From an uncultured Pseudomonadales bacterium (GTDB lineage Bacteria; Patescibacteriota; Microgenomatia; UBA1400; MFAQ01): a stretch of 64,000 nt of DNA. The stretch covers positions 393-64,392 of the forward strand of contig CAYHNG010000003.1 in NCBI GenBank assembly GCA_964357975.1, read 5' to 3'. The notes beneath the pieces were generated by a model, which worked only from the letters and a program-made list of their open reading frames with translations, searched no databases and had not been told where the DNA came from. Below, piece by piece: positions 8,008 through 16,722 of the stretch (its first letter is position 1; each line of letters starts with the position of its first letter). Position numbers and translations under genes: made by a program.

Positions 8008-8421
8008 TTATTTATTTAGATACGTAATGGTTAACTGAAGGATACTGGCAAAAGAAACCCAGAGCAAATATGGAATTTGAATATAGGTAATCCACTTGGC
8101 ATGAGGATAAATGGCGACCATCAGCCAGATGAGAGTTCCTAAGACTAGGAGAATGTCCGTTGCCGCCAATAAATTGTTCTTTAACCCAAACTGCAAAGGA
8201 GTAAACGCAAAATTAAAAACAAGGTTAAGAATGAAAGGCAAGACAACAATAAAAGGGATCTCTTTTTTCCAGCCCATTAAAAAAACTTTTCCAAAAGAAA
8301 CGGTGATTAAGAGGTAAAGAAAAGACCACACCGGTCCAAAAAGCCAACCTGGAGGAGACCATGAGGGTTTAAGAAGGGTTGAGTACCAGTTGTAAGAATT
8401 GTTCATATTTCTATCATACAC
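8008..8421 (-). CDS. tspO: TspO/MBR family tryptophan-rich sensory protein
   Basis: 137 aa. WYSTLLKPSWSPPGWLFGPVWSFLY and other Trp-rich TM segments typical of TspO. Confidence 0.8.
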   Translation of the reverse strand: MYDRNMNNSYNWYSTLLKPSWSPPGWLFGPVWSFLYLLITVSFGKVFLMGWKKEIPFIVVLPFILNLVFNFAFTPLQFGLKNNLLAATDILLVLGTLIWLMVAIYPHAKWITYIQIPYLLWVSFASILQLTITYLNK

Positions 8422-8492
8422 AGAATTTACAAGCGGTAATTAGGATGGTCTCTGGCGGGGTGGTCTCCCGAAAGAAAATGGCTAACCTATAA

Positions 8493-8526
8493 CAGTTGAT
8501 TATTTGCTTATTTCTGGTATAATGAG
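8493..8526 (+). promoter_or_regulatory. near-consensus sigma70 promoter: TTGATT, 16-nt spacer, TGGTATAAT (extended -10)
   Basis: Read directly from the sequence, upstream of the Erm-like gene. Confidence 0.45.
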
Positions 8527-8557
8527 GCTATTATGATTACTTGCATCATCCTCCGCC

Positions 8558-9292
8558 GTGTTCAAAACAAGGCGGAAACTACTATCGCAGAACTTCTTTA
8601 GGGACTCTGAGCTGATAAAGCGGCTCATCCGAGCCTCCGGTATTTCGTGGAATGATACAGTTTTGGAGATTGGGTCGGGAAACGGCATCATCACCGAAGG
8701 TCTACTCTCTGCTTCCAAGAAGGTAATGGCAGTCGAAATAGACAAAGATTTATTTGCCCTTGTATCTGATCGTCTGGGGAATAATAGTGCTTTGGAACTT
8801 GTTTACGGAAATTTTCTAGACATTGATCTGCCCAGAGAACCCTACAAGGTCTTTGCGAATATACCTTTTTCGATAACCGGTGAAATAATTAAAAAACTGC
8901 TGTTTTCGAAAAATCCGCCAAATGATTGTAGCCTGGTTGTTCAAAAAGAAGCGGCTGAAAAATTCATAGTTAATACGCACAAAAATAGCATGCTCTCGGT
9001 TCTGTTTTATCCTTTTTTTGATATCAAAATTGAATACGTTTTCAAAAGAACCGATTTTAAACCAACTCCGAGTGTGGATCTATGTATGCTACGAATTGTG
9101 AAGAGACCAACACCGTTAATTTCTAAAGAAAAGACCGACAAATACCGAGATTTTGTCGTTTACAAATTTACAAAATGCAGAGAAGCCGGTGAGTGGACTA
9201 TGGCACGATGGTTAAACTCTTACACCAAAGATATACCCTGTGGTGGGTCGTTCTTAAAATGGCAAGGGGAGCAGAGCAACGGCTTCCCTTAG
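8558..9292 (+). CDS. rRNA adenine N6-methyltransferase of the Erm/KsgA family, Erm-like
   Basis: 244 aa, the same length as ErmC. SQNFF N-terminus, EIGSGNG motif I (Gly-Ser-Gly rather than the KsgA GPG), YKVFANIPFSITGEIIKKLLF (ErmC has [21 protein letters not shown]), FKPTPSVD...RI and a C-terminal KYRDFVVYKF (ErmC has KYNYFVMKWV). It lacks the KsgA FSQRRK motif. GTG start. Confidence 0.6.
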   Translation: MFKTRRKLLSQNFFRDSELIKRLIRASGISWNDTVLEIGSGNGIITEGLLSASKKVMAVEIDKDLFALVSDRLGNNSALELVYGNFLDIDLPREPYKVFANIPFSITGEIIKKLLFSKNPPNDCSLVVQKEAAEKFIVNTHKNSMLSVLFYPFFDIKIEYVFKRTDFKPTPSVDLCMLRIVKRPTPLISKEKTDKYRDFVVYKFTKCREAGEWTMARWLNSYTKDIPCGGSFLKWQGEQSNGFP

Positions 9293-9399
9293 TAGTAATA
9301 GTTTCCTTAATTATTTGGGCCATGTTCATACCATTAATTGTTAACTATCTTACAGTTAACTATAGCATATGAGAACTGAGGATGGTTGGCTGTTAGAGT

Positions 9400-9951
9400 C
9401 TATTCCTCTATCAGGACATCACCGCCGTCGTTGTTGATGTTGGAAGATTTTCCAGCGGCGGTTGGAGAGGGGTAGATAAAGGTCCAAGTCTTGGCTATAA
9501 CGGTAACATCATTACCTGTAATTGTAACCAGGACCTCATTATCAATACAAGCTATTGTTTCCAGATCATCTGTCAATATTTTCTTGGCCGGCCGACCGTC
9601 TAATGTCGTGTCAAGAGCTGAGTTTTTTCCAACCCACGCATCCAGATTTTTAAAGGTATTGTCCGACATGGTGATAGTCACGGTATCTTTGGAAGGAAGA
9701 GTTAGGGTTAGGTTCGCGTAATTTTTCTTATCGTCAGGATGATTATCAATGCTTGTACCTTCCGGATACTTAAAAGAAAATCCGGCCTCATCAGTCCAAA
9801 TTAACATCTTGACTGGTATCTCGGTCGGAGTGGGAGTAGATAATTCAGCGATCTTTTGAGTTTCCGGACTGCGTCCAAATATCAAGAAGGTGGTGGTTCC
9901 GCCAATCAAGACAAACAGAACGACAACGATCAAAATTTGTTTTGAATTCAT
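9400..9951 (-). CDS. hypothetical membrane-anchored or secreted protein
   Basis: 183 aa with an N-terminal TM/signal segment. No recognisable domain. Confidence 0.5.
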   Translation of the reverse strand: MNSKQILIVVVLFVLIGGTTTFLIFGRSPETQKIAELSTPTPTEIPVKMLIWTDEAGFSFKYPEGTSIDNHPDDKKNYANLTLTLPSKDTVTITMSDNTFKNLDAWVGKNSALDTTLDGRPAKKILTDDLETIACIDNEVLVTITGNDVTVIAKTWTFIYPSPTAAGKSSNINNDGGDVLIEE

Positions 9952-9972
9952 AATTAAATGCTATTATAAACA

Positions 9973-10395
9973 ATGAAAATAAGAATTTTGGCATTGTTGT
10001 CATTTGCTATGTTTTTTTTTGGAGCCACTTCCACACTGGCGGCCAAAAAGAGGGTGTGGGAGAAGACTGTAGTGACTACTGCCTCCCGAAATAGCCCCTT
10101 GTCGGTATCTGCCAGATTTAGCGGATGGAAACAGTACTTGAATGTGAGTTTCAGAGGAGTAGCGAGCACCAAAAGTATTGCCTACGAGTTAATCTATGCT
10201 AGCAACGGCGTAGATCAGGGTGCAGAGGGCAAAGTGTATTCTAATGAAAGCAATGTAACCAAATCGCTATTTTTAGGAACTTGCTCCTACAGAGTGTGTA
10301 CTGCTCATAAAAATGTGAGCAACGTGCGATTGAGAATCACATATCAAACTATCGGTGGTCAAAATGTGGTAAAAAACTATAAAGTGAAATATTAG
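9973..10395 (+). CDS. hypothetical secreted protein
   Basis: 140 aa. Signal peptide MKIRILALLSFAMFFFGATSTLAA. Confidence 0.5.
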   Translation: MKIRILALLSFAMFFFGATSTLAAKKRVWEKTVVTTASRNSPLSVSARFSGWKQYLNVSFRGVASTKSIAYELIYASNGVDQGAEGKVYSNESNVTKSLFLGTCSYRVCTAHKNVSNVRLRITYQTIGGQNVVKNYKVKY

Positions 10396-10416
10396 TTACT
10401 TGGATTGCGACCTAAA

Positions 10417-11151
10417 TTAATACTTTATTGTTTCCGGAACAGAGCCGACGAGACGGAGAGAGCCGGACTTAAAACTGGCGTCTTGGATATTGGCTCCGCC
10501 TATTTGGCTGATGCGTCGTTCGATCATGTCTCCGACAGCGACAGCGACCGGTTTGGTAATTGATTCCGGTACAGTTACTCTCCCTATTTGAAAGGTAGTG
10601 GGATTGATGGTGAGAACGTTACTGCTCATATCACCGGTTCCCTTGACATAGAAAGGGAGATCGCCGGCGACATACTGGACATACTGTTTACCCTTTTCGA
10701 TATCGGAGTCGGAGTAGCCGAGATTCTTGGCAAGAGAAACGGCGGTGGCAACTTTGAGAAAACCGGAAGCCTCCCCAGTACCATCGGGATTGAATCTAAT
10801 CTGCACATTGTGTAGGGGAAAGTATTTATCTCTCTCTTCCCAGACAGCAAAGATTGAGGTTACTTCGGCACTAGAAAGATTAACGTCCAGACTAATCTTA
10901 CCGGTACCATTTGTGATTCCATATTTTGATTCAAATGCAGTCACGAGTGTCGGATCGGCTTTGACTCCCAGATCCACTTGCTTGGCGATAAAACCGGAAA
11001 GAAAAGGCATAAACCCGAGATAACTTAAACCGGCAATAACCAAAATGACCAAAATAAGTAAACCGATCAGTAGTTTTTTCATAAGGCTATTATCCAACTT
11101 CTTTGTCTGGAAGACAAATGTTGACAACGGCTGGTTTTTTGTGATGATCAA
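10417..11151 (-). CDS. hypothetical membrane-anchored protein
   Basis: 244 aa with an N-terminal TM helix. The real start may be the internal MKKLLIG. Confidence 0.45.
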   Translation of the reverse strand: MIITKNQPLSTFVFQTKKLDNSLMKKLLIGLLILVILVIAGLSYLGFMPFLSGFIAKQVDLGVKADPTLVTAFESKYGITNGTGKISLDVNLSSAEVTSIFAVWEERDKYFPLHNVQIRFNPDGTGEASGFLKVATAVSLAKNLGYSDSDIEKGKQYVQYVAGDLPFYVKGTGDMSSNVLTINPTTFQIGRVTVPESITKPVAVAVGDMIERRISQIGGANIQDASFKSGSLRLVGSVPETIKY

Positions 11152-11181
11152 GAAAGTTAGTCAGACTGATAGAATGAAGAT

Positions 11182-11529
11182 GTGGAGCAAGATGTTGCCA
11201 AGCCAGTCGTATGCCAATACAGCTCTTTTCCGGTCACCGATGAAAATTATTTTTGCCCGCATTGTGGAAAGAAATTAAAGGATAAGCCGGTATCCATAGG
11301 AACTTGGGCCATTGTTTGGCTTTTTGTATTAAGCGTCTTATTACCTCCGTTAGGAATCGGGCTAACCATGCGATATATCAAAGCCGATGAAGAAAGTACA
11401 CGAACGATAGGATGGATCTCGCTCTTAGTGACCGTCGTATCCCTGATGGTGGCGATATGGATATCAAAATTAGCTCTGGACGGAATTAACCAGCAAATTA
11501 ACTCACAGTTGGAGAATTTCCAATTTTAA
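11182..11529 (+). CDS. zinc-ribbon membrane protein
   Basis: 115 aa. CPHCG zinc-ribbon-like N-terminus plus 2 TM helices. Confidence 0.45.
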   Translation: MEQDVAKPVVCQYSSFPVTDENYFCPHCGKKLKDKPVSIGTWAIVWLFVLSVLLPPLGIGLTMRYIKADEESTRTIGWISLLVTVVSLMVAIWISKLALDGINQQINSQLENFQF

Positions 11530-11535
11530 TTATTC

Positions 11536-11793
11536 ATGAATTATTTTGTTTATATTTTGAGAACGTCGGCAAATACTTTATATGTTGGGCAGACGAATAA
11601 TCTGGAACGGAGATTGAAGGAACACAAAAGTAAAACCGGAAGGTCGGCAAAGTATGTACGATGCTTTGAAAGTGCGGAGCTCGTCTATGCGGAAGAGCAA
11701 CCGACCAGAGGAGAGGCGATGAGGAGGGAAAGAGAACTGAGAACGTGGACAAAAGAAAAAAAGGAAAGGTTGGTGTCCCACAAATTGCTTTAA
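11536..11793 (+). CDS. GIY-YIG nuclease family protein
   Basis: 85 aa. YFVYILRTSANTLYVGQTNNLERRLKEH is a GIY-YIG motif. Confidence 0.75.
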   Translation: MNYFVYILRTSANTLYVGQTNNLERRLKEHKSKTGRSAKYVRCFESAELVYAEEQPTRGEAMRRERELRTWTKEKKERLVSHKLL

Positions 11794-11831
11794 AGGTTGT
11801 GTTTTGAGTCGTGAGGTCTTAGGATTTTGCT

Positions 11832-12419
11832 ATGGAACTGAAGAACAGAATCATTGTATTTATTGGCCCGGAAGGATCGGGAAAAACGACGATGGCCACC
11901 CGGTTATCTCAGCAATCAAAGCTACCAAGAATTACTACAGGAGACATTATCCGGAACTTGGCGGAGAACGATATGGGACCATTGGGAGAGGAATGCCGAA
12001 CCATGTTTGCGGCCAATGGCTATTTGTCCGGTGAGTCGCTTCTGAAAATTCTAGTTCAGCGCTTTTGCCAAGAGGACGTGGCCAACGGGCTAATCTTGGA
12101 CGGAGGAATGAGAACTTTGAAAGAAACCAGTGACTTTAGAAAGGTTCTGGACCAGGCCAATCTGAGACTACCCCTGACGGTGATTCATTTACAGATCCCC
12201 TACCGGACAAGCTATTTCCGATTAGTGCTGGGAAAGAATGCTAGAAAACGGACAGACGATACACTCACCGGAGTCTTTGGGCGTCTTTCCAAATTTCACC
12301 TTCAGCTTCAAGAAAGAATCGCTGTAATACAGGATCAGCCGGACTGGGAACTGAGACAGGTGAACGCCAACAGAGGAATTGAGGAAGTCTTTCAAGAAGT
12401 CTTGCTCCAGTTGACCTAA
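11832..12419 (+). CDS. adenylate kinase-like nucleoside monophosphate kinase
   Basis: 195 aa. P-loop GPEGSGKTT, ITTGDIIR, LILDG (Adk has LLDGFPR). Confidence 0.6.
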   Translation: MELKNRIIVFIGPEGSGKTTMATRLSQQSKLPRITTGDIIRNLAENDMGPLGEECRTMFAANGYLSGESLLKILVQRFCQEDVANGLILDGGMRTLKETSDFRKVLDQANLRLPLTVIHLQIPYRTSYFRLVLGKNARKRTDDTLTGVFGRLSKFHLQLQERIAVIQDQPDWELRQVNANRGIEEVFQEVLLQLT

Positions 12420-12460
12420 CGGTGTACGATAAACACTATCATGGAACTTACTAAAGGCAA

Positions 12461-13006
12461 ATGAAGGAAGTAGGAGTCATGCTTGGACGATTTTCTCCCT
12501 TTTACAGAGGTCATCAGGCTCAAGTAGACTTAATGATCAGAGAGAGAGGTTTGAATAATTGCATGATTTTGGTGGGATCATCAAACTCATATAACCCCAG
12601 AACCCCCTTTACTTACGAGCAAAGACGGGAAATCATTAAGCAAATTTACCCAAAGATGAAGATTGTTCCACTACCGGATGTAAATCCTGCGCTTGTGTAT
12701 TTTGACGGAAGCACGAACGAGAAATGGCTAGAAGAGATAAAAAAGTTGGAAAGAAACATGTCGGTGAAGTTTCTTTTTTACGGAGGAAGTAGAGAGGACT
12801 TAGCGATACTGGCCACAAGATTCGAGACGAAGATTGCGGCAAGCCGATATGGCGACCCGACGTTGAGATCCGCCACAGAAGTAAGAAAAGCATTAGATAA
12901 TCACGACACGGAGAAACTAGAACAGTTTCTGGATGCAAGAACAATCCCCCTGATCATCAAATACTACAAGGTATTCTTGAAATCGCTATCAAATTCGGGG
13001 GCGTAG
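12461..13006 (+). CDS. nicotinamide-nucleotide adenylyltransferase (NadM/NadR-type cytidylyltransferase fold)
   Basis: 181 aa. GRFSPFYRGH matches the GRFQPFHxGH HIGH-type motif. Confidence 0.65.
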   Translation: MKEVGVMLGRFSPFYRGHQAQVDLMIRERGLNNCMILVGSSNSYNPRTPFTYEQRREIIKQIYPKMKIVPLPDVNPALVYFDGSTNEKWLEEIKKLERNMSVKFLFYGGSREDLAILATRFETKIAASRYGDPTLRSATEVRKALDNHDTEKLEQFLDARTIPLIIKYYKVFLKSLSNSGA

Positions 13007-13055
13007 GGAGGTCTCAAAAAGGCAGTTTGAGGCGAAAATAGTGATAAACTGAATT

Positions 13056-13556
13056 GTGAATCTTCATCCAATATTCGTGCATTTCCCGATTGCATTGTTG
13101 ACAATCTATGGACTGGCCGAGCTAGTCAGAGCAAAAAAACTGTTGGCTGCTGGTTACTGGTTCTACCTTAAAGCAATCTTGGTAATACTGGGTACGCTAT
13201 CGGCGTTACCCACCCTATTGTCCGGGAAAGCTATTGAGGATTTGTTCTCCGAACAATTAGTACAGATTCACTCCAGTTATGCCCTAGCGACGACTATCCT
13301 ATTTGCATTAATTTCAATTTCATACCTAGTTAGTTGGATTGATAAAGATTTTTACTTAGTTATAAAAAACATTGATTCGTGGCGTAATGTATCTCAACTG
13401 AATAAAAATATTTTCCGTTCTCGCGTGTTGGTTCTATTGGCACTGATCGGATTGGGGATGATAAGCATCACCGGAGCTTTGGGGGGAATAATCGCCTTTG
13501 GCCCCAACGTGGATCCCCTGTCACAATTTGTTAATGGCTTATTTTTTGGTAAATGA
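13056..13556 (+). CDS. DUF2231-like membrane protein
   Basis: 166 aa. HPIFVHFPIALL N-terminal motif plus 4 TM helices. Confidence 0.45.
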   Translation: MNLHPIFVHFPIALLTIYGLAELVRAKKLLAAGYWFYLKAILVILGTLSALPTLLSGKAIEDLFSEQLVQIHSSYALATTILFALISISYLVSWIDKDFYLVIKNIDSWRNVSQLNKNIFRSRVLVLLALIGLGMISITGALGGIIAFGPNVDPLSQFVNGLFFGK

Positions 13557-14824
13557 ACCTCATTAAAAATTTTTCAAACTTGGCGACTTCCGAGAGGAGG
13601 AAAACGGCTCTAAAAATCTTGACGGCGGGACTAGCAGCCATACAGCCAGAGTTAATCCTTCGAGAAAAACTTCACCTACAAGATGGGGTGCTGAGAGTAG
13701 CCAATAAAAGAATTAAACTTTCAAAGTACGAAAGAGTGTTTTTGATTGGATTTGGAAAAGGCGCAGCCGGAATCTCCGACAAAGTTGGGAATCTTCTGGG
13801 ATCGTTTCTAACAAAAGGTTGGGTGATTGACACCGTAGAGAAGCAGTCCGAGAAAATTGTCTTTAGCATAGGCTCTCACCCTTTACCGTCCATAGAAAAT
13901 GTGGCTTTTACCGAAAAAGTACTGGAAGAAACAGCCGGGATGACCAAGAAAGACTTGGTTCTGGTGGTAGTTTGCGGAGGAGGATCGGCTTTGTTTGAAG
14001 CTCCTTACTCCTTGCCAATAGATAAACTACGAGAAGTATCCGCCAAATTGATCAACTCGGGAGCAACTATCTCCGAAATTAACGTGGTCCGTAAACATCT
14101 CTCAAAAGTTAAGGGTGGTGGACTGGCCAAACATCTTTTCCCCGCAAAAATAGTCAACTTGATATTTTCGGACGTTCCGGGCAACGACTTGTCGGTAATT
14201 GCCTCAGGCCCGACGGTGAGAGACGGTTCAACAATTCAAAGAGCCCTCAGTATTTTGGATAAATACGGAATAAACCGGTCAGACTTGCCGGAGTCATCTT
14301 TGACGGAGCTACCTAAAGAGGCAAGGTATTTTGAAAATGTGGATGAAATAATAGTTCTGAGTAATATAACTGCCTTGGAAGCAATGAATACTGAGGCCAG
14401 GAATCTGGGATATAAAAGTTTTATTTTTTCCGACAAGATACAGGGGGATGCCCGAAAAATGGGCAAGAAACTAATAGAGCAGACACCGCCCGGGAAAATT
14501 TTGCTGGCAGGAGGTGAGACCACGATAAAAGTGGTCGGGAAGGGAAAGGGCGGAAGGAACCAAGCGCTGGTCTTGGCTAGTTTGCCGGTCGATGATGATA
14601 CACTGGTATTAGCGTTTGATTCCGACGGGATCGATTATTATCATTTTGGAGGGGCTATAGGGGATATAGAGACCTGGGAAAAAGCCAAAAAGCAAAACAT
14701 TGACCCCCAAGAGTTCCTAAAAAATGACGATAGTTCGAGTTTTTTTGAGAAAGTGGAAGACGGAATCTTAACCGATAAATTAGGGTCAAATGTAACTGAC
14801 CTGATGGTGATATTAAAAATATGA
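13553..14824 (+). CDS. glycerate kinase (MOFRL/GckA family)
   Basis: 423 aa. VVCGGGSALFEAP and KGKGGRNQAL motifs. Confidence 0.75.
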   Translation: MNLIKNFSNLATSERRKTALKILTAGLAAIQPELILREKLHLQDGVLRVANKRIKLSKYERVFLIGFGKGAAGISDKVGNLLGSFLTKGWVIDTVEKQSEKIVFSIGSHPLPSIENVAFTEKVLEETAGMTKKDLVLVVVCGGGSALFEAPYSLPIDKLREVSAKLINSGATISEINVVRKHLSKVKGGGLAKHLFPAKIVNLIFSDVPGNDLSVIASGPTVRDGSTIQRALSILDKYGINRSDLPESSLTELPKEARYFENVDEIIVLSNITALEAMNTEARNLGYKSFIFSDKIQGDARKMGKKLIEQTPPGKILLAGGETTIKVVGKGKGGRNQALVLASLPVDDDTLVLAFDSDGIDYYHFGGAIGDIETWEKAKKQNIDPQEFLKNDDSSSFFEKVEDGILTDKLGSNVTDLMVILKI

Positions 14825-15729
14825 TTGTAGATAACCTAGACGTCGATCTGACGCAAGAAAAACTATTAGATCTGCAGGAAAAGGCCGTCAAAGCCAGGGA
14901 GCTTCTTATAGAAACACTCTTGGAAGCCAAATCGGGACATAGTGCCGGGCCACTCGGGATGGCGGATATTTTTGTAGCACTTTATTTTCATATTTTGAAT
15001 CATGACCCAAAAGATCCTCATAAGCCGGACAGGGATCGGCTTATCCTGAGCAACGGACATATCTGCCCCATACGTTATGTAGTAATGGCGATGGCCGGAT
15101 ACTTCCCGATGGAAGAGTTAAAAACGCTGAGGAAAATTAATTCCAGACTTCAGGGGCACCCGCACCGGACAGCACTGGACGGAGTAGAAACCACGTCGGG
15201 ACCGTTAGGAGAGGGATTATCACAAGCCATTGGATATGCTCTAGCCGCCAAATTGGATCACAAAGATCACTACATCTACTGCATCACTTCCGATGGTGAA
15301 CATCAAGAAGGAAATACTTGGGAGGCAATTATGTTTGCCGGAAAAAATCGAATTAATAACTTAACGGTAATTATCGACAGAAACAATATTCAGATCGATG
15401 GCTATACCGAAGATATTATGCCTCTGGAACCACTACGAGAGAAATATGAAGCTTTTGGATGGCATGTCTTAGAAACCGACGGAAACAATATTCGAACCTT
15501 TGTTGACGCAGTCCGTGAAGCTAAAGCTATTTTTAATAAACCAACCGTGATTATCGCTCACACCATTCCGGGTAAGGGAGTAAGTTTTATGGAGAATAAT
15601 TACTTGTGGCATGGTGCTCCGCCCGACGTAGGAGAGGTGATGGGATCGCCAGCAAAAGGTGAACAAGCGAAAATAGCTTTGTCAGACCTGAGAACGTTAC
15701 AAGGAAAGATCGAAAGCGAACATCAATAA
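14821..15729 (+). CDS. transketolase, N-terminal (TPP-binding) subunit
   Basis: 302 aa. HSAGPLGMADIFVALY and GHPH motifs. Split tkt arrangement. Confidence 0.85.
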   Translation: MIVDNLDVDLTQEKLLDLQEKAVKARELLIETLLEAKSGHSAGPLGMADIFVALYFHILNHDPKDPHKPDRDRLILSNGHICPIRYVVMAMAGYFPMEELKTLRKINSRLQGHPHRTALDGVETTSGPLGEGLSQAIGYALAAKLDHKDHYIYCITSDGEHQEGNTWEAIMFAGKNRINNLTVIIDRNNIQIDGYTEDIMPLEPLREKYEAFGWHVLETDGNNIRTFVDAVREAKAIFNKPTVIIAHTIPGKGVSFMENNYLWHGAPPDVGEVMGSPAKGEQAKIALSDLRTLQGKIESEHQ

Positions 15730-15735
15730 ACATAT

Positions 15736-16722
15736 ATGCTCAACCCTGACTTAAAACTTAACCAAAAAATGTTTGATGAAGATGCCGAGCTGAAAGCCAC
15801 CCGCGACGGCTTTGGAACCGCCCTCGTCTCTCTGGGAGAAACCAATCCGGCGGTGGTAGTGCTAACGGCCGACTTGAATGAATCAACCAGAACCGAAGAA
15901 TTTTCAAAAAGATTTCCCGAAAGATTTTTTGAGTGCGGGGTGGCCGAACAAAACATGGCAGCAATAGCGGCCGGGCTGGGCGTCAGTAAGAAAATTCCCT
16001 TTATGTCCTCTTACGCCACTTTTTCCCCGGGGAAAAATTGGGAAACGATTCGGACAACCATTGTCTACAACCACTCAAATGTAAAAATCGCCGGACACCA
16101 TAGCGGCATAATGACCGGACCGGATGGGGCCACTCACCAAGCAACAGAAGATATTGCGATAACCCGATGTTGGCCGGACATAGAAGTGATCGTCCCCTGT
16201 GACAGTCATGAGAGTAAAAAAGCGACCATCTTGTCGGCCGAAATTGACGGGCCGGTGTATCTTCGATTTAGCCGGGATAAATCGGTGGTGATGACGACTG
16301 AAGAAACTCCCTTTGATAAAAAAATTCAAAATTACTGGGTAACGGAAAACCCTCAGTGCACCATCTTTGGAACCGGACATCTACTTTTTCAGGCTATGCT
16401 GGCCGGTAAAGAACTGGAGAGTGAAGGAATAAACGTGTTGGTGGCCAATGTCGCCTGTATCAAACCATTGGACGCGGAGGGAGTGATAAGTCTTGTGGAA
16501 AAGACAGGCTGCGCCGTCAGCGTGGAAGACCACCAGGTGATGGGTGGTCTGGGAGGAACACTGGCGGAACTACTGGCGCAAAAAAGACCAACCCCAATGG
16601 AATTTATCGGACTACAAAATACCTTTGCCGAGTCCGGGAGCCCCAAAGACATCATCGAAAAGTATGGTCTGGGAAGTAAAGCCATCAAGGAGGCGGTCAA
16701 GAGGGTGATCGCCAGAAAATAA
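15736..16722 (+). CDS. transketolase, C-terminal (pyrimidine-binding) subunit
   Basis: 328 aa. ECGVAEQNMAAIAAGL motif. Confidence 0.85.
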   Translation: MLNPDLKLNQKMFDEDAELKATRDGFGTALVSLGETNPAVVVLTADLNESTRTEEFSKRFPERFFECGVAEQNMAAIAAGLGVSKKIPFMSSYATFSPGKNWETIRTTIVYNHSNVKIAGHHSGIMTGPDGATHQATEDIAITRCWPDIEVIVPCDSHESKKATILSAEIDGPVYLRFSRDKSVVMTTEETPFDKKIQNYWVTENPQCTIFGTGHLLFQAMLAGKELESEGINVLVANVACIKPLDAEGVISLVEKTGCAVSVEDHQVMGGLGGTLAELLAQKRPTPMEFIGLQNTFAESGSPKDIIEKYGLGSKAIKEAVKRVIARK

